Shown: positions 1-11,546, counted from the stretch's first letter. The stretch: DNA of 64,000 bases from an uncultured virus (IMG/VR IMGVR_UViG_3300031788_000008) (IMGVR_UViG_3300031788_000008:1-64000), one strand, 5' to 3'. The notes: a model not told the origin generated them from the sequence alone. Program-made: numbers and translations.

Positions 1-360
1 TGGAAAGAGAGATTTCGCTCCACATCCCCGTATCAAAATTTGATTCTCAATAATGTACAACGAGGGCATACTTATGGAGCATGGGCTTCGGCTGCTACCA
101 CTTCACAAAATGGTACAACTACAGTATCATCGTTGGCTAATTTACCTCCATCAAATATACCAGGAACCAATATTTCTAGTGTTGGGTTTAGTACATTGAA
201 TAGTCAACCAGCTTTAGTCTCCCCATCTGTTGCGGCTGCTAATGTTAACAATACCCTGCCACAAGTAGCTCCTACATCCGTAGATAATATGGCAAATACA
301 TCTTTTCTTTTAAACCCCACTAGTGTGGCAGCGTCTAATTTTTATAACGGAGTTTCTTAA
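1..360 (+). CDS. 3' end of a virion/baseplate-region protein (5'-truncated by window edge)
   Basis: Frame +1 is open from base 1 (WKERFRSTSPYQNLILNN...) to TAA at 358-360 and abuts the next ATG; S/T/N-rich like the neighbouring structural genes. Confidence 0.6.
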   Translation, partial: WKERFRSTSPYQNLILNNVQRGHTYGAWASAATTSQNGTTTVSSLANLPPSNIPGTNISSVGFSTLNSQPALVSPSVAAANVNNTLPQVAPTSVDNMANTSFLLNPTSVAASNFYNGVS

Positions 361-3300
361 ATGGCTATTCCAGTTCCATTTGATCCGAATAACGCAGTTA
401 CCGTTACAGGTACAGGTGCAACAGTAGAAACGCAGAATTCTACACTCCCGAATCAACTACCTATCTCCAATACATCACCTACAGGAGTTACGGGTACAGT
501 TCCATCCCAAACTCCGGCTACTACTATTAGAAATTTGTCCCAAAGTTGTCAAGAAAGAGAAATAATCAAGACCGCTCCCGATGTTATTGTGTATTTAGAG
601 GGAACCCCCTATTTGACAAATTACTTTATCGACGATCCAAAAACCAAAGCTAGTAGTACTTTAGTGAATTTTAATGACCATGTCACAGCATTCAACGCTT
701 CTTATGATACAGATATAATGGTACCCAACGCCACTATCGGTTTGCAGGTTCCAAATTTTTTAAGGTACTTGTATAAAATGCCTGGTGGTAACAATCTTTT
801 AGAAACTATGATGCAGGTACAAGTATATGCTAAAGGATATTACTTAGCATCAAACGGAGATACAGTATATCGCCGGGTTTTCAAGGGAATTACATCTCAC
901 ATAAGTTATAACGATAATGGAAAAACTCTGGAGATATCAATTCAATGTCAAGGGTCAATGCACTTACTTGAAAAGATGCAAATTAATGTTCACCCATCTG
1001 CAATGGCAGCGGCAACTTTAGGGAGTATGTTAACCTGGCAGCAAAGTATTTTTGGAGATAATAATTGTTTTACTATCTTAGCAAAAGCTTTCACAACAGG
1101 TTTTCAATCGGATGGATTTCAAGCTAGTTCAGTTAGGAGCACAGATGGAGGTTATTTAACTCCAAGTGATATGTTTTATTCCGCTGTTACTAGAGGTTAC
1201 ATGGCGAAATGGCAAGCCATTTTGATGAATATGATTAAAGATGTACATATTTATGGGCCAGACAAAGATACTTTAGGGCAATTAGATCAATTACAAGAAG
1301 ATGAAAATAAAGGGAAGATGGACAAAGATAAGAAGTATGCTAGTGTTACATCTCATCCCGTAAAAACTTTTACTGAAACGATTACTGATAACTCCCCTTA
1401 TTATAAAAAAATACAACAATTTTTACCTTTTAGAACTCCCGCTAGTTTACAGCTTACTGAGAGTGTTATTGTTAATAGATTGGATCTTATTCGTGAAGTA
1501 GTTAAGAAGATGGATTTTGAAGCATATCAAGATATTGATGGTAAGATTATTATCAAACCACCTTTGTACAATCTGGATGTCACAAACTTAGGTACTCGGT
1601 CTAAACAAACTAGTTCCAGCCCTCAAAATTTTGACAGTTTAGTTCAATCATCTATATCTACTGCACTTAGTGGAGGCTCGACGCCAACAACAACTACCTC
1701 TAGTAATTCAGTGTCTGCTAGTAGCATTAATCCACCATCTACTAGCAATAGTATGACGAATCCTCTGACTCAAATTTACCCGCAAAATAACCCTTTTGTG
1801 GTTTATTTATCAGAAATGTTAACAGAACAGGAAACAGAAGATCAAAGCGCCATTCGACGCACGCGCACCACTATAACAGGAAATATTATGCCGTGGCAGG
1901 GGAACAATTTTCCGGCACCCGCAAAGCCAGTAGCGGAGTATATTGATGTCACAAAACTAGCAAAGTTTGGTCTTAGGGAAGAACCCATGCAGCAAGTACC
2001 CTGGCTTACAATGGGAGACAAATATACTCTATTCGCTCACGCTGCCGCAGAAACAGCTAGGACAAATAGAGGGTACCGTACTTACTCGTTTACTATTCCC
2101 ATGCGCCCTGAATTGAAATTGGGATTCCCCGTATTTATACCCCACAAAGATATGTACGCATACATAAAATCTGTAGCTATAAATTATCAGGTTGGGGGGT
2201 CAGCTACAATGTCCATAGTATGTGATACAGTCCGACCTAGAGTTTTGGTTAAGACAGCTCAAACATCTACTACGGGCAATGTTAGTAATTCACCGGCCAC
2301 AAAATTTTCCGCTTATACCACAGCCCCTAATTTAATTTATATGTGGACAAATAATCCAGTCGCAGCTACGGTGTTTGATCCCGCGCAACCCCAAAGTTAC
2401 AATCAATATATTCAACAAACCGCTGGGGGTAATCAAAATACAAACACTAATATGACAAGTGAGCTAAATGTATCTCAATCTTTACCCGCTGTTACGAAAA
2501 ACATTGACGGAACAAAATTTGGTCCAACAGATCAACAAATAAAAGTGTATTCTTATCTATCCACTACCTTAGCAACAACCGTAGGTAATAAAGCCAGTAC
2601 TCCTACATCTACTTATGTTATCGTAAATGATACGGGGTATTTTAATGGAAGAGCAAAAGACCCAAATTATCCAGGCCGACCAGCGGATGGAGATTATGTA
2701 AAGGATATTTGTGGTAATCCAAATTCTGTTATTCCTTACACAGATGATAAAGGATATGAATTAATATCCCCATTTCCATGGGGGAGATGGAAAGATCTCA
2801 ACACAATCATCAGTGAAATAACCGAACAGGGGTGGATTAATATTCCTCAGACTAACGGGTTAAATGGGCAAGATTTACAAGATGAGACAACTTTTCAAAG
2901 TACGGAGGCTTTTTTGTTTGCTGGTTTAGGTACTCCAACGGCTACAAGTGACCCATCGACTATGTTATCCACGGCCATGGCTACCCAACAAAGTACAAAT
3001 ACTACACCTACATCGGTTTCACCAGCTTCAGCATCAGCTCCAAATTCACCGAATACCGGGGGAAATTCGACAAATACCATACAACCAGATGTTACTGTAA
3101 TAGTATTAGATTACAGTCAACCAGGTTCTAATAGTAATTTGTTAAATGCAGCTCAACCAGAAAACGCCTTGGCCGCTAGTTTAGTTAGCGCTAAAAACGC
3201 TGGATTGGCCGAACAGCAGCTAGTTAGCGTATTAGTATCTGGGACTGTAGCTCCAATCCCAGCGGTGCAAGAACAATTATTAATTGCTCAAAACAGTGCG

Positions 3301-3465
3301 GCTAATGCACAGCAGTCATTTGCTACACTGACCTTACCAGGGGGATCCGCAAATGCTGGGGGACTTACTACAACTAAGGTTACAGCTTCAACTAGTACTA
3401 TAGCTCAAACTTTGGGTCCAGCGCAAACTACAACGAGTAATTTACCAGTAGATATAACACCATAA
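361..3465 (+). CDS. baseplate hub-like protein (gp27/GpD-like)
   Basis: 1034 aa; motifs RLDLIREVVKKMDFEAYQDIDGKIIIKPP, KFGLR and FTIPMRPELKLGFPVFI resemble contractile-tail hub proteins; directly upstream of a spike-like gene. Confidence 0.6.
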   Translation: MAIPVPFDPNNAVTVTGTGATVETQNSTLPNQLPISNTSPTGVTGTVPSQTPATTIRNLSQSCQEREIIKTAPDVIVYLEGTPYLTNYFIDDPKTKASSTLVNFNDHVTAFNASYDTDIMVPNATIGLQVPNFLRYLYKMPGGNNLLETMMQVQVYAKGYYLASNGDTVYRRVFKGITSHISYNDNGKTLEISIQCQGSMHLLEKMQINVHPSAMAAATLGSMLTWQQSIFGDNNCFTILAKAFTTGFQSDGFQASSVRSTDGGYLTPSDMFYSAVTRGYMAKWQAILMNMIKDVHIYGPDKDTLGQLDQLQEDENKGKMDKDKKYASVTSHPVKTFTETITDNSPYYKKIQQFLPFRTPASLQLTESVIVNRLDLIREVVKKMDFEAYQDIDGKIIIKPPLYNLDVTNLGTRSKQTSSSPQNFDSLVQSSISTALSGGSTPTTTTSSNSVSASSINPPSTSNSMTNPLTQIYPQNNPFVVYLSEMLTEQETEDQSAIRRTRTTITGNIMPWQGNNFPAPAKPVAEYIDVTKLAKFGLREEPMQQVPWLTMGDKYTLFAHAAAETARTNRGYRTYSFTIPMRPELKLGFPVFIPHKDMYAYIKSVAINYQVGGSATMSIVCDTVRPRVLVKTAQTSTTGNVSNSPATKFSAYTTAPNLIYMWTNNPVAATVFDPAQPQSYNQYIQQTAGGNQNTNTNMTSELNVSQSLPAVTKNIDGTKFGPTDQQIKVYSYLSTTLATTVGNKASTPTSTYVIVNDTGYFNGRAKDPNYPGRPADGDYVKDICGNPNSVIPYTDDKGYELISPFPWGRWKDLNTIISEITEQGWINIPQTNGLNGQDLQDETTFQSTEAFLFAGLGTPTATSDPSTMLSTAMATQQSTNTTPTSVSPASASAPNSPNTGGNSTNTIQPDVTVIVLDYSQPGSNSNLLNAAQPENALAASLVSAKNAGLAEQQLVSVLVSGTVAPIPAVQEQLLIAQNSAANAQQSFATLTLPGGSANAGGLTTTKVTASTSTIAQTLGPAQTTTSNLPVDITP

Positions 3466-3466
3466 T

Positions 3467-5851
3467 ATGCCGCTACTAAGAAAAAATACGGATTTTTATC
3501 CACCTACATCATTTGAAAGAACAAATGAAAGCCTCCACCGCGATATTTTCATTGTAGAAGTTCTTACTGTTGACTATGAGCGTAAAGTAATGACAGTAGA
3601 AGATGTCAAAGATGGCCTTATTTATGGTAATGTTCAAGTATTTCCATCCGCGTCCACTTCATCACAAGGATACGATATGGTAATGCCCGAACAAGGTTCT
3701 ATGGGAATTGCTTGTAATTTTGCTTACGATAAAGGTTTTCGTCAGGTGATGATAATTAGCTGGATTCATATGGATAGGTATCTTGGGATAGATGCTGTTG
3801 GGGTTAGACAAATATCCGGCACCCGAATCCAAGGTTATAGCGACCGTCTGAGAGGTGTATATCGAAAGGCGTTCCCAGGGCAAAAAACATCAGCTTATAC
3901 AGGTGGGGCGTCAGAAAAGGTGGATACCGGCTGGGATAGACAAGCAGCCGATTATAGCAGAGATAAAACGGATGCGGATAAGCGTCAATGGACTCAGATA
4001 GCGGCCCGTAGGGTCTCCTATACCGATGCTGGGGTATCTTTTGAGGGGTCAGTGAATCGCCCTCTGGCATCAAATTTAATCCCTGTGATTCTCCCAGATG
4101 GGACAATGGAATATGTAGCCTACCTGCAACCCGGAGCCCAACCATCAGATCGATATGTTAGCGGGAAGCAGGATGTAATTCCTTTCGCTGAACACACAGA
4201 ATTGACGCAGGAATTCTCTCTTGATTATCCCATGCCTTATGAAGTATTACAGACCAGTTTGTTTAACACCGTATTAGGTTCTACCGCAGACCCATGGGCA
4301 CGCACTAAGGTAACCTCTCCCAGCGGTCAAGTAGCTTACGATAACGAAACTTACATGATTACCCAGACTTGGGATGATCCGTTTGATGATAGAGCAAAAG
4401 CCGTGGGTCCAACACTTAATGAAGGACCTACCCCGCAACGTAGAGCTTTTATTGTAGAAAAATCTCAAGGCACCTTGGTTGGATATAATATTTTTGACCA
4501 GGCAACTTACGGTCATGTGTTGAAGCCTGTTCTATTCCCTTATAATTACTGCGGGCGTTTTGGAGCAGATGTGGAATCAGGATATTTGCCAGTTGTGGAT
4601 TCCGCGGATCATGAAGAAGCTCGTTTAGCAGCATCTTGTCTAGCAATACGATTCCCTTATGACCAAAACACTACGCGATTGGATGTAACGAAAGAGGGTT
4701 TTATCAGCTTGGAAATCGGATCGACTTTACCTAAAGAAAATATTCTAAAGCATTGGCAAGGTGGATATGAACACCCCCACGGTGCTGGCCGTTCTTTAGA
4801 AGCGCACCTTGTAGGTAGTGCAAAAATTGTTATCGGTAAAAATAGAGATGAAGAAGATGCTTTGGACGCTCAAATTTTAGGGCAATCTGTAATTCGTCTA
4901 GGGGCGGATGATGCATCTCTTCCGAATTCTCGTCGCACAGTACAGACTCAAATTCGAAGTAATGGAGATATTCCGGCGACTCGTACTTTACAGTTCTGGA
5001 CCGAACACAAATTGAATCCAGGGGACGCCGGTAGCCTAACTATGAAAACGGGTGCTGAGAATATATCTCTTCGCGCTGCTACGGATGGAGGCGCTGTACT
5101 ACGCTTGGGGGCTAAGAATCCAGCATCTTTACGCCGTCATTTGATTAATGGGTACTCCGATGGTCCTGGTAAAACCGCTTATCCAGAATCTCCTACAGGA
5201 CCTTATGGCGGAGGTACTGATTGTGGGGAACCTTTCCATGGTCGCATAGACTCCAAGAGCCCGGGTCGTCCCACCTACGGAGCCGGGGATAATATTTATC
5301 GGTTCCATGATCTTACTCAAGTAGGAACACCCCCGCCAAATTCGGGGACAACTGACTTTAATCCTTTTCCCCCATACGCATGGAGTGGTTCTCCAGTAAT
5401 CAACATGGATGCTCATGGGCAATCTCTTGATTTGCATGCTGTGCGAGATGCTTTATTGCGTTTGGGTTCAAATCCAGATTCTGGGCAATCGTTGCTTTTA
5501 GACTTAGCCGGTGGAATAGTTGCAGCACTGGGAAAAGACAATCAGGGGCGTTCTATTACCGCGGCCTTAGACGGCGGGATTGAGATTACTATACTTCCTA
5601 ACGCACAAGGAAAAGCCATGCGATTAAATATTATTGGTGATGTTGACATCTCTCATAAAGGGCACCTTCAGTACAACTGTGGGGGAGATATAATTACAGA
5701 ATGTACAACAGCGAGAAGTATTGTAAAAACAGATCGTATTGAAACACAGATGAATGCGATTAGTGCTTCTCTTGTTAGCGATAAGAGAGAAGCTCCAAAT
5801 TCTGTGGATAATAATGGACTTTATGTCAGCAATGAAAATCAAATTTCTTGA
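3467..5851 (+). CDS. baseplate central spike-like protein (gp5/GpV OB-fold N-terminus)
   Basis: 794 aa; N-terminal VEVLTVDYERKVMTV...MPEQGSMGIAC OB-fold pattern; C-terminal beta-strand repeats (LNIIGDVDISHKGHLQYNCGGDI); follows the hub gene. Confidence 0.55.
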   Translation: MPLLRKNTDFYPPTSFERTNESLHRDIFIVEVLTVDYERKVMTVEDVKDGLIYGNVQVFPSASTSSQGYDMVMPEQGSMGIACNFAYDKGFRQVMIISWIHMDRYLGIDAVGVRQISGTRIQGYSDRLRGVYRKAFPGQKTSAYTGGASEKVDTGWDRQAADYSRDKTDADKRQWTQIAARRVSYTDAGVSFEGSVNRPLASNLIPVILPDGTMEYVAYLQPGAQPSDRYVSGKQDVIPFAEHTELTQEFSLDYPMPYEVLQTSLFNTVLGSTADPWARTKVTSPSGQVAYDNETYMITQTWDDPFDDRAKAVGPTLNEGPTPQRRAFIVEKSQGTLVGYNIFDQATYGHVLKPVLFPYNYCGRFGADVESGYLPVVDSADHEEARLAASCLAIRFPYDQNTTRLDVTKEGFISLEIGSTLPKENILKHWQGGYEHPHGAGRSLEAHLVGSAKIVIGKNRDEEDALDAQILGQSVIRLGADDASLPNSRRTVQTQIRSNGDIPATRTLQFWTEHKLNPGDAGSLTMKTGAENISLRAATDGGAVLRLGAKNPASLRRHLINGYSDGPGKTAYPESPTGPYGGGTDCGEPFHGRIDSKSPGRPTYGAGDNIYRFHDLTQVGTPPPNSGTTDFNPFPPYAWSGSPVINMDAHGQSLDLHAVRDALLRLGSNPDSGQSLLLDLAGGIVAALGKDNQGRSITAALDGGIEITILPNAQGKAMRLNIIGDVDISHKGHLQYNCGGDIITECTTARSIVKTDRIETQMNAISASLVSDKREAPNSVDNNGLYVSNENQIS

Positions 5852-5938
5852 AAAGATAAGGGGATATAGTGGAGACAGCCTACTCTTTCAAGACGAGCAG
5901 AATACGGCGTGCTTAAACGTAAGGCAGAGAGAATATAA

Positions 5939-8900
5939 ATGGGCAGCATACCAGGACTAACACAGGCAGAAAATAACGCGCTTTTGTGGCCGATCAAAGC
6001 CAAAGGACAAGTGAATCGTTTAAATCCTCTTGGGGATCCTACGATTGAGCAATACTACCACTCTGCCATGGAGCAAGGTCGTTTCCTAGAAAAAAGTATA
6101 GCTGACGCTAATAACTGGATTCTTCAGAAAAAACAACAAGCCTTAAAGTACATTCAAACCTACACCCATATGAATTCTTTAGCTGTAGACGGACAGCTCC
6201 AACACGGTCCTCGTGCGGTTAAATACATCGCGGACTCTATCAGTATCCTAAAAACTGTAGCCCAATTTGAAAAAGAAATTACTGGACTTGCTCAAGCAAT
6301 TCAGCAGAACCTTACTATGCTTCTGTCTATTGAACAAAGCATGCTGCAAATGGTTCAGACTAATTCAAATGCTTTAGCAAATTTGCTGAACAATGTTTGT
6401 AACTGGGGACTGCCAGCTCGTCCATCAATCCCCAATCTTTTACCTGAGGGTATGTGGAATTGGAACGGTTTTAATTTTGCTCCGTTAGCTAATTTTGCTA
6501 AAGCGTTTGCTACGCCTCCATCATTCAATTTCAATTTTTCTTTCAGTCAATGTTCGTTGTCTATTCCTGGATTATTTAATTCAGGGGCATTGGGGAATAA
6601 TATTCCGATATCTGTTACGACTAATAGTGGATTAATGCTCGGTACGGCGCAGTATATTCCACCTTTAGGGGGTTCTTCATCCTCAGCACCAGGGGCATCC
6701 CCAGTTTATGGACCTACATTTAATCCTAATACATCAATGAATGGAGCGGTACCCGACCCCCATACTATTGTTGATAATTATTTAATGCCCGCAGCTACTT
6801 ACATGAACAACATTGTATCCATTACACCGGTGTTGAGAGGGGATACAGTAGAACCTACAGATGCTGATTACTCAAACCCCAATTATACAGTTAGGGCAGC
6901 AGGGTTGCGCAAAGACCTAATTCATTTCATCACATTAGGTAATATCGTAGCCAATAATTATGATCCGTTTATAACCAGCGCGTGGATTTTATACCTCAAT
7001 GCTACGCACATCGGGCGGGGTGGCAATTGGTTACCAAATTTTGAATCCGTGTACGAACAATACATTCAACCGTCCATCACTTATTTGCAGAACACTCCTG
7101 TGCCTTACAATAATGTCAGTGGAAATGGTGTAGAGTACATGAGTATTTGGGGAACTACAGTAGCATACCAAGTAAATGACGTGGTAACTTACAATGGAAA
7201 TTTGTATATAGCTCTGCAAATCAATACAGGGTATGAACCAGACACGAATCCCACATACTGGCAGACACCTATTCCTCTAAATACTGTGTATGAAAACGCC
7301 CCAAACAACATACCTCTGATCGCTACCCTTAACAGCTTAAGTTTAGGAGATAGAAATACGCTGCTGTGGAAACTTTCATATATCGAAGCTTCTTTATTAG
7401 GTTACACCAGAAATCAAACATGGGATGCTTATCAAAACGCCAATTACCTTTCGAATGTAACTGGATCAGATTTGGATTACACACCTACGGCTATTTCAAC
7501 TACAACTAGCACTTTGATTTTAGGAGAGGGTGTAGCAGATTTTCCTACGCCTATTACATTCCCTAGTTCTATGACAGTGCAATTGAACGCTGTCATAGCA
7601 GCCGCAACTATAAATATTCAAAACGATGTTGGATATCTATCAGTTCGTTTGGGGAACCGGTACACTTACAATCAGTTTGCACAAGCAACCTTAGTCGATA
7701 GATTTAGCCAGTTTTGGCGCGATTTTGCTACCAATCTTAAAATTCTTCTGGCTCAAGATCCTTATCTTGTTCAATTTGTAATCACATATTTTGGTACATT
7801 GAACGGAGCCTTAAACCCCCTAGCTGATGCTACGGCATATAACGCCCTACAAGTAGACACTTCGAGTAGAAATCGATCCTGGACGCCTGGAACCCCCTTG
7901 CTGAGTATCCCAATCGCACCTATAGTATCCTACACTGACAATGGTTCTCCCCCATCTACAGGGGGTTGGATCAATCCTCCAATAGATTTTGACCCTAATA
8001 CTTTTCTTGCACGCCCCGATGTACAGGGACAACCTATTCCAGTGCAGATGGCCATGCTACGTACAAACATAAGCTACGCCGCCCTACAAACTTTCAAAAA
8101 CAACTTCCAAAATGAAATTGCGGGACAAATTGCAAATGCTCAAAGTATCTTGGCACAATCCCAACAAATAGGGTTTCATGTGACGGCTGTGAATGATACC
8201 ACAACCGTACCCTCGGGGGCGAGTATTCCTGTTCTATTTGATGACAGTACAAATTCAGCTTTGGGGGATTACGATTACACGGGAAATGTAACTAATCCCA
8301 CTACTTTTACAATTCAAGCCGCAGGTGATTATGCTGGTTATGGACAATTGGATTGGGTTGCGACAGTTGCCGGAACTTATAATGTTACGATAAATCAAAA
8401 CGGTGTTGGAATATTTACTACATCTGTAACTACGACATCAGCCAATGCAAGTTTAACATTGCCATTTTCGTTTGCGGGTAGTTTTGCTCAAGGAGATGTG
8501 GTGCAAGTTATCGCCAATCAAGATAATGGGGTACCCCAAAATGTTATACCCCAGAGTTTTTTTAGCCTGGTTCAAACAGGAGCTCAAACTACTAGCAGCG
8601 GTTCTCCTCCTGTAACTCCTAGTGATACTACCACCATGTTTACTATGGTTAATTCCTTACCCACTTGGGTAAGCAGTCCCGTACCCGCGGCTACGGTTGT
8701 ACAAGTTATTCAACCAAATGGAAATGTAGTACCAGTGGATCCATTTGTTCCTGGTGTTTCTTTAATTCAAATCACGAACCCTAATGTGGTTATGATTACT
8801 GTAGATACTACACATCATTTCTTTATGGGGCAATTGATAGTATTTTCTGGGTTTGATGCAGCCAGCTTTGTTAATAATCAAGTCGCTCTTATTACCGGAA

Positions 8901-9295
8901 TTACAACAAATACATTTACAGCTACCTTTATTTCATATACTCACGCGAGTTACGGTCCAGCATCAGACACAGGGAATGTGTATTTAGCGATTGATGATTC
9001 CGGATCAATTTTATCTCCGAATCCTGATGGAATTACAATCGCTTCCGCAGCTGCGGGGAGTATGGTAAGTGTTAATACGATTTACGGAGAATCGGTGCAG
9101 ATACCAGGTCTTACTTTAACTGTTGGACAACCTGTTTATGCGGGGTTGAATGGTGTATTGACTCAAGACTATACAACTCTCATCACTCAAGTAGGGTGGG
9201 TAATGTATATAGGAATGGCCATACCTGGAACTTTAACATTACCGCAGACTGATACTATACTTTACGAGCCGCACATTCCAACAATATATATATAG
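5939..9295 (+). CDS. virion structural protein with CBM5/12-like module and beta-sandwich domains
   Basis: 1118 aa; WGTTVAYQVNDVVTYNGNLYIALQINTGYEPDTNPTYW is a CBM5/12-like pattern; C1q/BclA-like segment FTIQAAGDYAGYGQL. Confidence 0.6.
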   Translation: MGSIPGLTQAENNALLWPIKAKGQVNRLNPLGDPTIEQYYHSAMEQGRFLEKSIADANNWILQKKQQALKYIQTYTHMNSLAVDGQLQHGPRAVKYIADSISILKTVAQFEKEITGLAQAIQQNLTMLLSIEQSMLQMVQTNSNALANLLNNVCNWGLPARPSIPNLLPEGMWNWNGFNFAPLANFAKAFATPPSFNFNFSFSQCSLSIPGLFNSGALGNNIPISVTTNSGLMLGTAQYIPPLGGSSSSAPGASPVYGPTFNPNTSMNGAVPDPHTIVDNYLMPAATYMNNIVSITPVLRGDTVEPTDADYSNPNYTVRAAGLRKDLIHFITLGNIVANNYDPFITSAWILYLNATHIGRGGNWLPNFESVYEQYIQPSITYLQNTPVPYNNVSGNGVEYMSIWGTTVAYQVNDVVTYNGNLYIALQINTGYEPDTNPTYWQTPIPLNTVYENAPNNIPLIATLNSLSLGDRNTLLWKLSYIEASLLGYTRNQTWDAYQNANYLSNVTGSDLDYTPTAISTTTSTLILGEGVADFPTPITFPSSMTVQLNAVIAAATINIQNDVGYLSVRLGNRYTYNQFAQATLVDRFSQFWRDFATNLKILLAQDPYLVQFVITYFGTLNGALNPLADATAYNALQVDTSSRNRSWTPGTPLLSIPIAPIVSYTDNGSPPSTGGWINPPIDFDPNTFLARPDVQGQPIPVQMAMLRTNISYAALQTFKNNFQNEIAGQIANAQSILAQSQQIGFHVTAVNDTTTVPSGASIPVLFDDSTNSALGDYDYTGNVTNPTTFTIQAAGDYAGYGQLDWVATVAGTYNVTINQNGVGIFTTSVTTTSANASLTLPFSFAGSFAQGDVVQVIANQDNGVPQNVIPQSFFSLVQTGAQTTSSGSPPVTPSDTTTMFTMVNSLPTWVSSPVPAATVVQVIQPNGNVVPVDPFVPGVSLIQITNPNVVMITVDTTHHFFMGQLIVFSGFDAASFVNNQVALITGITTNTFTATFISYTHASYGPASDTGNVYLAIDDSGSILSPNPDGITIASAAAGSMVSVNTIYGESVQIPGLTLTVGQPVYAGLNGVLTQDYTTLITQVGWVMYIGMAIPGTLTLPQTDTILYEPHIPTIYI

Positions 9296-9298
9296 TAA

Positions 9299-10435
9299 TC
9301 AGTATTCATATCCAATTAGAGTAAAAGTGACATTTGCGGTTGTTGTATCACTCAACTGACTGATACCAATTTCTTGTCCCCCGGCAATCTCTAAACCATC
9401 TGGAATACTAATCTCTCCGTAGCCCGCGTTGTTTGTTACACCAGAAGTACTTAGTAACAATCCAAGAACAACCGGAGAAGAAGCATTTACAGTGCTCGCT
9501 GATCGTATACGCAATTTCACATATTCTACAACAGAACTAGGTTCTTGAATTGACGCGCAAAAAGACTGTATTCGTAAAGTTTTCCCAGTTGTCACAGTAT
9601 AAGTAGTAGCTGGAGAACTAACGGTTCCTGCGCGATTGGCACCAACATTAATCAAAGTCTCGGATGTAGTGGTAGCGATAGAATCAATAAACCATACGCA
9701 ATAAACCCTTCCTGTATCTTTGTATTCTATTACAAAAAGATTTTTATTTGTATCTAAAAATAAAGGTTCCAGTACATTACTAGCGTTTTGCCCCATCGCT
9801 ACTGTGCCTGTAGGTGTGGTTACGGATGCTCCAGCGGTGTATTGGGTTCCTCCCCCACCCCCTGAATCTACGATTACATGCTGAGCACTGGGAAAAACAA
9901 CTGTGGCGTTTAAACCGGCCGCTGCGGGTTGAGATACAATAAGATCGCCGTCACCATTCACTGAGATATTAAGCATAGCCCCGGCAGCATCCACTCCAGC
10001 GACTAAAACGGGATTAACTGTAGTTGCACTTGTACCCGCAGCTTGAATTCCCTGCACTAAAGGATCAGCCCAAACAGCCGTTGCATTACCTGGTTGCGAA
10101 ATGGGGATTTGTCCAGCATGGGTTAGGATTCCAATAATTGGTATGCCATTGATCTCTGTGGCGTTGATGACACCAGAGCCAGTAGGGCCTAAAGTAGCAC
10201 CAGAGCCTACAACTAGATTCGCTGTGGTGTTTATCCCACTGAGAATTCCATTAAATGCTATGGATCCCGTGGGGGAAATGAGGGTAGGGTCAATAATTCC
10301 CAACGCATTTAAAGAGACGATTTTACCTGAATCTGCAACGCCGCTACTGGTGACTACCACCCCCACTAGCTGTTCTTTTGACGGACCGCCAGGAACAGAT
10401 TGGGTTATCGAGAAAGTTTTATAAACATCAGGCAC
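9299..10435 (-). CDS. putative virion/tail-fibre-like protein
   Basis: 378 aa G/S/T/V-rich ORF with GTG start after a GAGGA RBS; C-terminal beta-sandwich ending TLIGYEY. Confidence 0.5.
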   Translation of the reverse strand: MPDVYKTFSITQSVPGGPSKEQLVGVVVTSSGVADSGKIVSLNALGIIDPTLISPTGSIAFNGILSGINTTANLVVGSGATLGPTGSGVINATEINGIPIIGILTHAGQIPISQPGNATAVWADPLVQGIQAAGTSATTVNPVLVAGVDAAGAMLNISVNGDGDLIVSQPAAAGLNATVVFPSAQHVIVDSGGGGGTQYTAGASVTTPTGTVAMGQNASNVLEPLFLDTNKNLFVIEYKDTGRVYCVWFIDSIATTTSETLINVGANRAGTVSSPATTYTVTTGKTLRIQSFCASIQEPSSVVEYVKLRIRSASTVNASSPVVLGLLLSTSGVTNNAGYGEISIPDGLEIAGGQEIGISQLSDTTTANVTFTLIGYEY

Positions 10436-10511
10436 AATTTTATCCTCGTTTAAAGAAATGAATAGTCAAGCTACATTAAGTTGTTGAAAATAAAGACATT
10501 CAAATAAAATA

Positions 10512-10541
10512 TTGACAATTTTCCCCATTTTAGGGTATTAT
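10512..10541 (+). promoter_or_regulatory. sigma70-type promoter
   Basis: TTGACA (10512-10517), 18-nt spacer, TATTAT (10536-10541) in the divergent intergenic region. Confidence 0.6.
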
Positions 10542-10689
10542 ATTCGATGGGGAGCTTCAGGTCATTGATCGACCGAATGGCTCCTAAAAGTGTTTATGGA
10601 GGAAAACAAAATATAAGTCCTACCAATTCAATGCTTTACGGTGGACGAAGTAGCTACAAAATCTTGTAATTCAGAATAACGGAGATTAT

Positions 10690-11211
10690 ATGAGAGCATT
10701 ACTGTTGCTCGTCACCATGTGGGTGCTTCCCGCTTTGGTGGCTGCACAAACGTATGACAAGCAAAAGATTGACTCATTCGCATCTGCGATAGCACACGCA
10801 GAAGGATTCAATGTTAAACATTCTATTCCAGCGAAATACCATAACCCAGGTGACATAAAAAGTCGCCCAAACTTCCATCCTTTTCCAGGTCAAAAGGCTA
10901 TAGGTAAAGGTGGACACATTATTTTCAAAACAGATAAGGCCGGATGGGACGCTTTGAATGATCAAATCAAAAAAATGATTGATGGTCGATCAAAGCACTT
11001 CAATCCCAACATGACAATTGTTCAAGTAGCAAAACGTTACGCGCAAAACTGGAAACCTTGGGTTAAAATTGTGACGCATGAATTGAATGTCAACCCAAAT
11101 ATAACCCTAAAAAAGCTGCTAACCTCCGATGAGCCTGAGATTTTTCTACCCTTGACAGCTTTTAATTTACCTCCGCCTACGCTAATGCTCCCAACATTAG
11201 CGAAAAATTAA
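10690..11211 (+). CDS. lysozyme-fold cell-wall hydrolase with N-terminal signal peptide
   Basis: Signal-like MRALLLLVTMWVLPALVAA; AIAHAEG...HNPGDIK...FKTDKAGW...TIVQVAKRYA resembles the NNPGNI lysozyme-like family; GGAG RBS. Confidence 0.6.
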   Translation: MRALLLLVTMWVLPALVAAQTYDKQKIDSFASAIAHAEGFNVKHSIPAKYHNPGDIKSRPNFHPFPGQKAIGKGGHIIFKTDKAGWDALNDQIKKMIDGRSKHFNPNMTIVQVAKRYAQNWKPWVKIVTHELNVNPNITLKKLLTSDEPEIFLPLTAFNLPPPTLMLPTLAKN

Positions 11212-11232
11212 TCTCGCACAGTATTAGTATGC

Positions 11233-11526
11233 ATGCGCGTAATCCAATTACCGGATGTACTATTCGAATATCTCGTCCATGTAATTGAGAAGCACTCCTC
11301 TTCCGGCATCCATCCGGAAGAGGGTCTAGCTGTTTTTCAATTATGGGACATTCTAAAAAATAGGTCTACTCACATTGATGATGCTGCTATAGAAAAAATG
11401 ACAGCAGCTGGTTCCCCAGTAGGGCAATCCCCAGCTGACCCTTTAGGGAAAATACGCCACCCAGAAGATGAGTCTGATATTCTTCCCAACACAAAAGGAA
11501 AAGCTACTGGAGTGTGTGATTTATAA
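11233..11526 (+). CDS. hypothetical protein
   Basis: 97-aa ORF filling the gap between the two lysozyme genes. Confidence 0.55.
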   Translation: MRVIQLPDVLFEYLVHVIEKHSSSGIHPEEGLAVFQLWDILKNRSTHIDDAAIEKMTAAGSPVGQSPADPLGKIRHPEDESDILPNTKGKATGVCDL

Positions 11527-11546
11527 ACCGTGGGGCGTAGCGTAAA